Source of the DNA: Prevotella sp.
Lineage (GTDB): Bacteria; Bacteroidota; Bacteroidia; Bacteroidales; Bacteroidaceae
DNA length: 41,491 bases
NCBI GenBank assembly: GCA_017423565.1
Contig: JAFPED010000047.1
Location: forward strand, 1-41,491
Direction: 5' to 3'
The notes under the pieces were generated by a model. It searched no databases. It was not told where the DNA came from and was given only the letters and a program-made list of their open reading frames with translations. A program made the translations under genes and the position numbers. Of this stretch, positions 9,829 through 19,206 are shown in pieces; within the stretch, counting starts at the first letter, position 1, and every line of letters starts with the position of its first letter.

Positions 9829-10289
9829 GAACAAGCGAGGACATCTATAGCGAAACATTTCTTCGCACGATTGACATCCATGAGCTACTGCCACAGCAGG
9901 AGCCCTTTGTCATGGTAAGTCGTCTCACCCATTTCGATCAGAAACGCACCATGACAGAGACGGACATCCGGCATGACCTGCTGTTTGTAGATAACCAAGA
10001 GTTATCTGCCTTCGGCTTGATAGAAAACATTGCACAAACCTGTGCTGCACGCATTGGTTTTGTCAACAAATACATTCTCAAGAAAGGCATCCAAATTGGT
10101 GTGATTGGCGCCATCAGCCAGTCTGACATACAATTGTTGCCCACCGTCGGACAGACCATCACCACCACGGTTGATGTAGAAGAGGAGGTGTTCGGCATGA
10201 TACTGGCCAATGCAACAATCCGACAAGGTTCACGAACGCTCATGACCAGCAAAATAAAAATAGCCATTAAGAACGAGGAGGTATCATAG
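9825..10289 (+). CDS. Hotdog-fold dehydratase subunit (ApeP-like)
   Basis: LLPQQEPFVMV, LIENIAQTCAA; ATGA overlap with upstream stop. Confidence 0.8.
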   Translation: MRTSEDIYSETFLRTIDIHELLPQQEPFVMVSRLTHFDQKRTMTETDIRHDLLFVDNQELSAFGLIENIAQTCAARIGFVNKYILKKGIQIGVIGAISQSDIQLLPTVGQTITTTVDVEEEVFGMILANATIRQGSRTLMTSKIKIAIKNEEVS

Positions 10290-10291
10290 CA

Positions 10292-10714
10292 ATGGAACTC
10301 AAATCATCAAAGGAAATAGACATCCGTTTCAGTGAAGTAGATTCGATGAACGTTGTATGGCATGGTGCATATCCTTTATACTTTGAGGATGCACGTGAAG
10401 CCTTTGGCGCCCAATACGGGCTGGACTACATGAGTTTTTTCGCCCATGGCTGCTTCGCCCCTATTGTAGAACTGACCTTCCACTACAAGAAGCCCTTGCG
10501 CTATGGTGTCCGTCCCAGGATAGACATCATCTACCGCCCTACGGAAGCAGCAAAGATTGTCTTTGACTACGAGATCTACGACCCTACTGATGACAGTCTT
10601 GTTGCTTCAGGACATTCTGTTCAGGTATTTACGGACACCCAATACCAGTTACTATGGGATAATCCACCCTTCTATTTGGAATGGAAGAAACGTTGGAACG
10701 TTTTTGACGAATAA
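10292..10714 (+). CDS. Acyl-CoA/ACP thioesterase (4HBT/YbgC family)
   Basis: RFSEVDSMNVVWHGAYPLYFEDARE motif. Confidence 0.88.
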   Translation: MELKSSKEIDIRFSEVDSMNVVWHGAYPLYFEDAREAFGAQYGLDYMSFFAHGCFAPIVELTFHYKKPLRYGVRPRIDIIYRPTEAAKIVFDYEIYDPTDDSLVASGHSVQVFTDTQYQLLWDNPPFYLEWKKRWNVFDE

Positions 10715-10733
10715 GATAAGAAAAGGAGGTTGT

Positions 10734-12431
10734 ATGATTTACAAGATTGCAGACAACGTATTGTCACCGTTAGGTAACACAACGTCAGAGAACTACCAAG
10801 CCGTCAAGTCTGGTCGTTCTGCCATACAGCGCCATGAAGGTTTTTGGAGGCTGAAGGAACCATTCTCGTCAGCATTCTTCCCCAAGGAGGCCATAGCTCA
10901 TCTGTGTACGGAGGGCATGACACCTTTTGAGTCCCTGGTTCTGTATTCAATCCAGAAGGCCTTAGAACAGACGGAGTTAGATGTCACCAAGAAAAACGTT
11001 GTCCTGATACTCAGTACAACAAAAGGCAACATTGAGCTTTTGGAGAGTCAGCATGGAAAAGATATTGACATCAGTCCTGCGACGTCGGCCTCTCGACTGG
11101 CCAGTCATTTAGGCATGACGACAGAACCCATAGCGGTGTGCAATGCTTGCATCTCAGGTGTAGCAGCCATTTTGCTGGCACAGCACTTACTTGAGGCTCA
11201 CTGCTACGACTATGCCATAGTATGTGGTGCAGATGTCCTGACTCATTTTACCGTGTCTGGTTTCCAGTCACTCATGGCCTGCTCTGAAGAAACCTGCAAG
11301 CCCTTCGACATGGAACGGAAAGGGTTAAACCTTGGCGAAGCTGCTGCTACGATGATTCTGGCAAGATCCATTGATGGCAACAAGGAGGCATGGGCAATAG
11401 AGCGTGGAGCTGTTCGCAACGATGCCTACCATATCAGTTCACCATCGAAGGAAGGCAAGGGTGCACTGTTAGCACTTCAAGCAGCAAAGGGTGATATCAA
11501 TAACGAGGAAATAGCCTTTATAAATGCCCATGGCACTGCTACTCTATTTAACGACCAGATGGAATCGGTCGCAGTAGAACGTGCAGGGCTCAGTGATGTT
11601 CCAGTGAATAGTCTGAAGGGGTATTTTGGCCATACGCTAGGCGCTGCAGGCATTCTTGAGACAGTTTTATCAATGGCAGCTCTGGACGACCATACCATTT
11701 TAGGGACTCGAGGCTTTGCTGAGCGAGGTGTCTCTGGGCATATACTACTGTCTGCACACCATGAAGCCACCTCTCGCCAGCGTTTCATAAAGATGATTTC
11801 TGGTTTTGGAGGATGTAATGCAGCCATGCTGGTTACGCATACCAGCCCAAAGCAAGAAGAGACACGCCCATTGCCAATACTTCGAGCTGCTCACCATGTT
11901 ATACTGACTCCAGAACATATGAATGTTGACGGAAGGGAGAGCATGCTGAAAGAAGGGCGACAGCTGATAATGCTATACAAACAATATGTCAACGACTATC
12001 CACGTTTTTACAAGATGGATCCGTTATGCCGATTAGGATTCCTGGCAGTAGAAATGCTGTTACAGGCTGAAAATAGTCAGGAGGACACGGCAGATAAGGA
12101 ACGAACCGTTATCTTATTCAACCACTCGTCGTCCATCGTTGCCGACAAAGCATATCAGAAGACTATCAATAGTACACGAGAATACTTCCCCAGTCCCTCG
12201 GCTTTTGTCTATACATTGCCGAACATTGTGACAGGAGAAATAGCCATTCGTCATGGCTATCATAATGAGACATCGTTTTATATGCTCAAGGAGAAAAATG
12301 AAGAGACAATGAGCAAAATAGTGCGCGCCACATTAGCTGACACACCTACGACAAGTGCTATTAGCGGATGGTTGGACTATGCTGACGAATCTCATTTTGA
12401 AGCCGATATCACCTTATTTGTTAAACAATAA
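10734..12431 (+). CDS. Beta-ketoacyl synthase fused to C-terminal chain-length-factor-like domain
   Basis: NACISG, NAHGT, FGHTLG, SGFGG, then ~190 aa with KMDPLCRLG and SPSAFVYTLPNI; ATG 10734. Confidence 0.88.
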   Translation: MIYKIADNVLSPLGNTTSENYQAVKSGRSAIQRHEGFWRLKEPFSSAFFPKEAIAHLCTEGMTPFESLVLYSIQKALEQTELDVTKKNVVLILSTTKGNIELLESQHGKDIDISPATSASRLASHLGMTTEPIAVCNACISGVAAILLAQHLLEAHCYDYAIVCGADVLTHFTVSGFQSLMACSEETCKPFDMERKGLNLGEAAATMILARSIDGNKEAWAIERGAVRNDAYHISSPSKEGKGALLALQAAKGDINNEEIAFINAHGTATLFNDQMESVAVERAGLSDVPVNSLKGYFGHTLGAAGILETVLSMAALDDHTILGTRGFAERGVSGHILLSAHHEATSRQRFIKMISGFGGCNAAMLVTHTSPKQEETRPLPILRAAHHVILTPEHMNVDGRESMLKEGRQLIMLYKQYVNDYPRFYKMDPLCRLGFLAVEMLLQAENSQEDTADKERTVILFNHSSSIVADKAYQKTINSTREYFPSPSAFVYTLPNIVTGEIAIRHGYHNETSFYMLKEKNEETMSKIVRATLADTPTTSAISGWLDYADESHFEADITLFVKQ

Positions 12432-12443
12432 CTAAACATTTTC

Positions 12444-12701
12444 ATGGATAAGTTAATATTAGAATTAAAACAAGAAATCATTAAAGTACTGAATCTGGAG
12501 GAAATGACCCCAGAGGATATTGATAATGAAGCGCCTCTGTTCGGAGAGGGCTTAGGACTCGACTCCATTGATGCCTTGGAACTGATTGTGATGATTGAGA
12601 AGAACTATGGCATCAGACTCGCCAATCCTGCCGAGGGAAAGGCTATTTTCCAAAGCGTGGCGACCATTGCCGACTATGTCAGCAAGAACAGGAAAAAATA
12701 A
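12444..12701 (+). CDS. Acyl carrier protein (aryl polyene type)
   Basis: PLFGEGLGLDSIDALEL motif. Confidence 0.93.
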   Translation: MDKLILELKQEIIKVLNLEEMTPEDIDNEAPLFGEGLGLDSIDALELIVMIEKNYGIRLANPAEGKAIFQSVATIADYVSKNRKK

Positions 12702-12706
12702 AACGC

Positions 12707-14497
12707 ATGAAGAAAAACATCGTCATTACCGGCATAGGCATCATCTCTGCCATAGGCAACGACAAAGAATCTGTTTTGAGGTCGTTGCTGAATGGAAATA
12801 GTGGCATCAGTGAAATGAACCACTTACAGTCCTCACACCATGAGCTGCCTGTGGGAGAGGTGCATCTGTCGAATGACGAGATGAAAGAAAAACTAAACAT
12901 TCCTCTTTCATTTACTGTCAGCCGTACAGCGCTGCTTGGCATGATGGCTGTCGGACAAGCCTTGGAAGATGCATCACTGTCAACTGTCAACACAGAACAG
13001 GGCAGAGGATTAATACTTCTTTCTGGAACCACAGTAGGTGGAATGGACATTACAGAACAGCAGTTCCACAAGTTAAGAAGCGCCGACTGCTATCCCGACT
13101 GCCTGAACCACCACACACCCTATCAAAACACAAAGATGATAGCAGAGCACTTCAAGGTGTTCAAAGACCACGCCACGATTTCCACTGCCTGTTCTTCTGC
13201 TGCCAATGCGATTATACTGGGAGCCAGGCTATTAAGCTCAGGACAGGCAGACATTGTAGTGGCAGGAGGAACAGAAGCATTATCAGTGTTCCACCTAAAT
13301 GGCTTTAATTCGCTGATGATTCTTGACCATGAGCGTTGTAGGCCCTTCGATGCCCAACGGGCAGGTTTGAACTTAGGTGAAGGAGCTGCTTATGTAGTGC
13401 TCGAATCCGAGGAGTCAGCACAAAGTCGTGGTATAGAAATCTTGGGTTATCTAAATGGTTGGGGAAATGCATGTGACGCTTTCCACCAAACGGCATCGTC
13501 ACCTCAGGGCGAAGGAGCATATCTGGCCATGGAGCAAGCACTGAAAGAAGCATGCCTATCACCTACTGACATTGACTATGTTAATGCTCACGGCACTGGC
13601 ACACCAGACAATGATGCCAGCGAGAGCCAGGCACTGATACGCATATTTCAAGAACACATACCTCCCATCTCGAGTACAAAATCGTTTACTGGGCACACCA
13701 CCAGTGCATCAGGCAGCATAGAAGCTGTTATCAGCCTGTTAGCCTTACGCCACCAGTTCATTCCCATCAATCTCGGATTCAAGAATGCAATGGCAAACGG
13801 GATTGTCCCATTTGTTAATGAAGAGCACGGAGAACTTCAACATGTAATATGCAACTCTTTCGGTTTTGGAGGAAATGATGCCAGCCTCGTTTTGTCGTCA
13901 ACAGGTAAGACACATATGGAACAGTCAACTCTGCAACACACCATCCAAACCCATCCCTTCTACGAGATAAGCAACGAGGAAGAACTCATGGAGATACGCC
14001 AATACGTCAAGCCCATGGAAGCACGACGAATGGGCCGACTGATGAAAAGCTCGCTGCTGGCTTCACTGAAAGCCTTAGAATTGGCAGGGATAGACCATCC
14101 TGATGCCATCATTACCGTCACATCATTAGGATGCTTAGAAAACAGCGAACAGCTGTTAATCCAACTCGACGAAGAAGGCGAGACCATGCTAAAGCCTACC
14201 TATTTTATGCAGAGCACCCACAACACCATTGGCAGTGCTATTGCCATACACACTCACTGCCACGGATATAACGTGACATACGTCGCACCGTCAGAATGGG
14301 AGGCAAGTACTGAAGAGCGGCTGAAGTGGGCATTGCGCGATGCATACATGCTGCTCAACACTGGACAAGCACAACATGTTCTTGTTGGCATTCACGACGA
14401 GACTACTCCTCTTTACCGTAGGCTGCTTGAGCAAGGCAACATACGTAATACGCTACCCATTCACTCACTTTCAATGGTTTTGTCATGTACAGATTGA
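12707..14497 (+). CDS. Beta-ketoacyl synthase fused to C-terminal chain-length-factor-like domain
   Basis: STACSS, NAHGTGT, FTGHT, NSFGFGG, then ARRMGRL and PTYFMQSTHN CLF-like region. Confidence 0.88.
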   Translation: MKKNIVITGIGIISAIGNDKESVLRSLLNGNSGISEMNHLQSSHHELPVGEVHLSNDEMKEKLNIPLSFTVSRTALLGMMAVGQALEDASLSTVNTEQGRGLILLSGTTVGGMDITEQQFHKLRSADCYPDCLNHHTPYQNTKMIAEHFKVFKDHATISTACSSAANAIILGARLLSSGQADIVVAGGTEALSVFHLNGFNSLMILDHERCRPFDAQRAGLNLGEGAAYVVLESEESAQSRGIEILGYLNGWGNACDAFHQTASSPQGEGAYLAMEQALKEACLSPTDIDYVNAHGTGTPDNDASESQALIRIFQEHIPPISSTKSFTGHTTSASGSIEAVISLLALRHQFIPINLGFKNAMANGIVPFVNEEHGELQHVICNSFGFGGNDASLVLSSTGKTHMEQSTLQHTIQTHPFYEISNEEELMEIRQYVKPMEARRMGRLMKSSLLASLKALELAGIDHPDAIITVTSLGCLENSEQLLIQLDEEGETMLKPTYFMQSTHNTIGSAIAIHTHCHGYNVTYVAPSEWEASTEERLKWALRDAYMLLNTGQAQHVLVGIHDETTPLYRRLLEQGNIRNTLPIHSLSMVLSCTD

Positions 14498-14838
14498 TAG
14501 CATTAGTCGTTGTGCAGTGTATGCTGCTGACAGGTGGACAGGTGTTCCTGAAGTTCGCCATGATGCGAATGCCGTCCTTCTCATGGTCACGCGAGTTCTT
14601 TTATAACCTACTGACCAACTGGCAGTTTGCTGCCAGCGGAATATTATTCGGGTTAGGCTCATTACTATGGATGTACATTGTGCGTATTTTTCCTTTCAGC
14701 GCATCTTATCCATTGGTCAGTCTGAGTTATGTATTGGGCATGCTGGCTGCATTGGTTTTCTTCCATGAAGAAGTTTCAGCAACGAAATGGATAGGTGTAG
14801 CATGCATTGTCTTCGGATGTTTCCTAATAGCAAAATAA
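14485..14838 (+). CDS. EamA/SMR-family small transporter (ArnE/ArnF-like)
   Basis: 117 aa, 4 TM, GQVFLK, SYPLVSLSY, FFHEEVS. Confidence 0.8.
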   Translation: MYRLIALVVVQCMLLTGGQVFLKFAMMRMPSFSWSREFFYNLLTNWQFAASGILFGLGSLLWMYIVRIFPFSASYPLVSLSYVLGMLAALVFFHEEVSATKWIGVACIVFGCFLIAK

Positions 14839-14850
14839 ATAGAGAAAAAG

Positions 14851-15477
14851 ATGAAACAAATAATTTTCCTAATACTACTCTTGTGCGGAGGAACCGCATC
14901 TCACTGCTCAGGGCAGACAGCCAGTCAACTTCGAGCACAAGTGGCAGAGGTAACAGCGAATATGCGAACCCTGCAATGCGACTTTGTCCAAACCAAACAC
15001 GTCAAAATGCTAAATGAGAATATGGTATCACGTGGACGAATGTTTTACATGCGAAACGACCGGCTCAGGTGGGAATATAATACTCCCTATGCCTATACAT
15101 TCATTCTCAATGGAGACAAGGTGTTGCTTAACAATGGAAATACCAAACGTAATGACGTGATTGACGTTAATAAAAATAAGGTTTTTAAAGAAATCTCACG
15201 CATCATGGTGAGCAGTGTAGTGGGTAGCTGTCTTACTGACGACAAGACGTTCAAAACCACTGTCACCACGTCAGGTGCAGAATGGATAGCCACACTCGTA
15301 CCCGTACGAAAGGACATTAAACAAATGTTTGACAAAATAATCCTTCACTTCGACAAAAAACGTAAAGTGGTAACCAAGATTGAAATGACTGAACGTAATG
15401 GTGACAAAACGACAATAGTCTTACAAAACATTCGCACCAATGAGAATATTAGCGCAAATATGTTTACTGTGCATTAG
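14851..15477 (+). CDS. LolA-like outer-membrane lipoprotein carrier protein
   Basis: Signal peptide, TLQCDFVQTK, SRGRMFY, LRWEY. Confidence 0.85.
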   Translation: MKQIIFLILLLCGGTASHCSGQTASQLRAQVAEVTANMRTLQCDFVQTKHVKMLNENMVSRGRMFYMRNDRLRWEYNTPYAYTFILNGDKVLLNNGNTKRNDVIDVNKNKVFKEISRIMVSSVVGSCLTDDKTFKTTVTTSGAEWIATLVPVRKDIKQMFDKIILHFDKKRKVVTKIEMTERNGDKTTIVLQNIRTNENISANMFTVH

Positions 15478-15853
15478 CATGCTGTTGTGTGGAAAGACAG
15501 CACAACACAACGAGGCACAACGCTATCGCACAGTCATAACAATGGAGAATGGTGCAGCAATAAGCGGCATCTCCATATTTGTTCATGAGGGTGGCGAGGT
15601 GAAAGGCTGTCTGTTTAATGAGTTTGGTGTAACAGCCATAGAATTCACTTACGACACGACACGTCACAAGGTGAAGCTGCATCATGTCATCAAGATGCTG
15701 GACAAATGGTATATAAAAAGAGTTTTACGCAAGGACTTACGATGCGTCATAGAAGGTCTTCAAAGAGGAGAAATGTCGTACCACAACGAGCGACGCCATA
15801 TTTCGTACGAGTTTAGTCCTATAAATGAATCGGATGATGGAGCTACGCAATAG
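15440..15853 (+). CDS. Hypothetical exported protein
   Basis: Signal-like N-terminus, LFNEFGVTAIEF; overlaps both neighbours in the operon. Confidence 0.7.
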   Translation: MRILAQICLLCISMLLCGKTAQHNEAQRYRTVITMENGAAISGISIFVHEGGEVKGCLFNEFGVTAIEFTYDTTRHKVKLHHVIKMLDKWYIKRVLRKDLRCVIEGLQRGEMSYHNERRHISYEFSPINESDDGATQ

Positions 15854-16241
15854 TTTATATAACAGAGGAGAATGGATAGAAGAGAATGGAACGTGGAGAG
15901 TAAATATCACACTCCACTCTTCCCACATCATTTTCCAGTCTCACTTTCCTGGTGAACCTGTGATGCCAGGTGTCTGCATCTTGCAAATTGCCAAAGAACT
16001 GCTGGAGGACTACTGGAATTGTCAATTGAAACTTATACGCATTAAAAACGTGAAGTTTCTTTCTGTCATCACACCAGAAAAGCACTCACACATTTCTTTT
16101 GTTCTTGAGCGAGAAGACAGAGATTCTGAACAAGAAGTAAGAAAAGGAGAGGATGCAGAGATAAACGTGAAGATGCATGTAGAATCAGACGACACCATTT
16201 TTTCAAAGATTTCAATGACTGTTCAACAATGTAAGCACTAA
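15825..16241 (+). CDS. FabA/FabZ-like 3-hydroxyacyl-ACP dehydratase (ApeI-like)
   Basis: IFQSHFPGEPVMPGV, NVKFLSVITP; start may be 15834 or 15837. Confidence 0.85.
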   Translation: MNRMMELRNSLYNRGEWIEENGTWRVNITLHSSHIIFQSHFPGEPVMPGVCILQIAKELLEDYWNCQLKLIRIKNVKFLSVITPEKHSHISFVLEREDRDSEQEVRKGEDAEINVKMHVESDDTIFSKISMTVQQCKH

Positions 16242-16244
16242 GTG

Positions 16245-17717
16245 ATGGAGCGTCAGAAAAAGCTATTACACGACAGAGGCATCTGTGTGGTGATTCCGAC
16301 ATTCAACAATGGCGGAACCATAGCTAACGTGCTGACTCGTACCTTAAAGGTATGTCAGGATGTCATCGTGGTCAACGATGGCTCTACCGATGATACCAGC
16401 ACCATTCTTCATTCATTTAAAGATATAATTTTATTGGAACACCCTACCAACCGTGGTAAAGGGTGTGCATTGAAAAGCGGTTTCAGAAAAGCAAAGGAAA
16501 TGGGATTTGCCTATGCTATTACACTTGATGGTGATGGGCAGCACCAACCAGAAGACATAACATTATTTCTGGAGGCCAATCGTCAACATCCAGGAGCACT
16601 CATCATAGGTGAACGACAACAGACTGGTGATGGTGGAGGTGCACGTTTTGCCAACCGATTCTCCAACTTCTGGTTTTGGGTACAGACAGGACGCAAGTTA
16701 AAAGACACGCAGACAGGTTATAGACTCTACCCATTGAAGAAGCTACTTGGTCTCTCGCTGTTAACGTCACGCTACGAGTCAGAACTTGAACTGTTGGTAT
16801 TCTCATCGTGGCATGGCACAAAGATTGTGAGCATACCCATTAATGTCTATTATCCACCTCGCGAAGAGCGTGTCACTCATTTTCATCCTGTCAAGGACTT
16901 TACACGCATCAGCATCTTGAACACTGTATTGTGCTTACTCACCTTGGTCTATGGTTTGCCACTGCGACTATTCCACTTCCTCATGAAGTATATTCGAACG
17001 TGGTATTCACTATTGTTTTTTGTAACTTTCTCACTTTTCATCATGACTCCTATGGTTTGGCTGTACGTCAAAATAGGGAAAATGACAGAAAAAAAACGCT
17101 ACAGACTTCATAAATTAATACAGTGGATGTCACGATTTGTTATGATTCATCATGGCATACCAGGAACGAAATTCTCTTATCAGGTCAAAGATCACAACGT
17201 GTTCAACAAGCCTCATGTTATCATTTGTAACCATCAGTCACACCTTGATTTGACAGCCCTACTGGTTTTCTCACCCCATATCATATTCCTAACAAACGAC
17301 TGGGTGTGGAATAATCCGTTTTATGGATTTCTGATACGTCATGCAGAATATTACCCTGTAGCCGAAGGTATTGACCAGCTCATGCCCAAACTCCAATCGT
17401 TGGTTGAACGAGGATATAGCATTGCCGTCTTCCCAGAAGGGACACGTTCCAAGGATTGCAAAATAGGCCGATTCCACCAAGGTGCATTTTATATTGCCAA
17501 CCAATTAGGCGTGGACGTGCTGCCCATGTATCTGTATGGAACAGGAAAAGTACTGCCTAAACGGACCTACACACTAAACAAAAGTCCCATATTCATTGAG
17601 GCAGGCGAACCTTTTTGCGTAGAGAAAGGTATGTGGAAGGAAACAGCTTCTCTTATGAGAAAACAATACATTCAAAAATACGAAGACATTGCAAACAGAA
17701 TAGAACAGGATGTATAG
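16245..17717 (+). CDS. GT2 glycosyltransferase fused to PlsC-type acyltransferase
   Basis: VVIPTFNN, VNDGSTD, NRGKG, LDGDGQH, DTQTGYR; TM segment; NHQSHLD and FPEGTRS. Confidence 0.88.
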   Translation: MERQKKLLHDRGICVVIPTFNNGGTIANVLTRTLKVCQDVIVVNDGSTDDTSTILHSFKDIILLEHPTNRGKGCALKSGFRKAKEMGFAYAITLDGDGQHQPEDITLFLEANRQHPGALIIGERQQTGDGGGARFANRFSNFWFWVQTGRKLKDTQTGYRLYPLKKLLGLSLLTSRYESELELLVFSSWHGTKIVSIPINVYYPPREERVTHFHPVKDFTRISILNTVLCLLTLVYGLPLRLFHFLMKYIRTWYSLLFFVTFSLFIMTPMVWLYVKIGKMTEKKRYRLHKLIQWMSRFVMIHHGIPGTKFSYQVKDHNVFNKPHVIICNHQSHLDLTALLVFSPHIIFLTNDWVWNNPFYGFLIRHAEYYPVAEGIDQLMPKLQSLVERGYSIAVFPEGTRSKDCKIGRFHQGAFYIANQLGVDVLPMYLYGTGKVLPKRTYTLNKSPIFIEAGEPFCVEKGMWKETASLMRKQYIQKYEDIANRIEQDV

Positions 17718-19206
17718 ACAACAGGTGGTGATTATTGGAAGTGGACTTGGCGGACTGTCGTGTGGCGTCATCCTTGCTAAGAACGGTTACAAGGTGACTG
17801 TCCTGGAACAAGGTATTCAGACTGGTGGTTGTCTGCAGTGTTTCCAGCGAAGGGGAGCCAAGTTCGAAACAGGCATGCACTTCATCGGTAGTGCTGATGA
17901 GGGGCAACCGTTGGATCGTTTGATGAAATACTTAGAAATAAGGAAAGACATCACCCTTTCACCTTTAGACAAAAACGGATATGACGTAATAAGACTGAAT
18001 GGTAAGGAGTATAGGTTTGCTAATGGACGCGATGCCTTTATAGACCAATTGGCCATGGCTTTTCCACATGAGCGCAAGGCATTAGAAGAATACTTTGACA
18101 CAATAGAAAGAGTAGCCTCTGCATCGGCTCTGCACTCATTACAATTCTCGAAGACAGATACTGCCCTAAACACCGAATACCAAATGCGAACGGTAAATGA
18201 AGTGATTGACAGTATCATCAGCGACCCTCTGTTAAGGAAAGTGCTGGTAGGCAATCTGCCACTCTATGCAGGAGAAAAAGACAAGACACCTTTTTCTACC
18301 CATGCCTTTATTACCGACTTTTACAATCAAGGAGCTTATCGCATCGTAGGAGGTAGCGAAAGCATAGCTACGTCATTAGTGAGTACCATTGAGAGTTATG
18401 GAGGATGTGTTCTGAAGAAACAAAAGGTAAAAAAAATAGTCACTGATGACGAGAAAGCGCTTGGAGTGGAAACATCTGAAGGACAGTTCTTTCCTGCTGA
18501 AGTAATTATTTCTGACACTCATCCCATGCGCACACTGGAAATGATTGATTCAAAACAGATACGTCCAGCCTTTAGAGAGAGAATCAACGCTATGCCACAG
18601 ACAGTGGGTGGCTTTTCGGTGTATCTGGAATTCCAGGAAGACAGCATGCCTTACATGAACTATAACTACTACGGCTATGAGGGAGACAGTCCTTGGAACT
18701 GTGAACACTACGACTGGCTGTCGTGGCCTAAGGGTTTTTTGTATATGCACTTTTGCCATGAGCCGTCACCCCATTATGCCAAGACAGCTGTTATTCTGTC
18801 ATACATGCAGATGAAAGATGTGGCACCTTTCCGATGCAGCGAACCCTTTAAGCGTAAAGATGGATACAAGGAATTTAAACAAGAAAAGGCAGAAAAACTG
18901 ATAGACTGCGTAGAGAAGCAACTGCCAGGACTGCGTAGTCACATCAAACACTATTACACTTCTACACCACTGACCTACCTTGACTATACAGGAACTGAGG
19001 GAGGCTCAATGTATGGCGTAGCTAAGGACGTCAACTGCGGCATAGCCAACCGAGTACCTCATAAGACGAGAATACCTAATGTTCTGCAAACTGGTCAGAA
19101 TATTAATAGCCATGGAATGTTAGGAGTCATTGTGGGTAGCATCGTTACTTGTAGTGAATTGCTCACTGCAGAACATATCTATAGACAAATCACGAACAGC
19201 AAATGA
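17710..19206 (+). CDS. FAD-dependent oxidoreductase, phytoene desaturase/retinol saturase family
   Basis: IIGSGLGGL, FETGMH, STPLT...GSMYG, TGQNINSHG. Confidence 0.87.
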   Translation: MYRQQVVIIGSGLGGLSCGVILAKNGYKVTVLEQGIQTGGCLQCFQRRGAKFETGMHFIGSADEGQPLDRLMKYLEIRKDITLSPLDKNGYDVIRLNGKEYRFANGRDAFIDQLAMAFPHERKALEEYFDTIERVASASALHSLQFSKTDTALNTEYQMRTVNEVIDSIISDPLLRKVLVGNLPLYAGEKDKTPFSTHAFITDFYNQGAYRIVGGSESIATSLVSTIESYGGCVLKKQKVKKIVTDDEKALGVETSEGQFFPAEVIISDTHPMRTLEMIDSKQIRPAFRERINAMPQTVGGFSVYLEFQEDSMPYMNYNYYGYEGDSPWNCEHYDWLSWPKGFLYMHFCHEPSPHYAKTAVILSYMQMKDVAPFRCSEPFKRKDGYKEFKQEKAEKLIDCVEKQLPGLRSHIKHYYTSTPLTYLDYTGTEGGSMYGVAKDVNCGIANRVPHKTRIPNVLQTGQNINSHGMLGVIVGSIVTCSELLTAEHIYRQITNSK

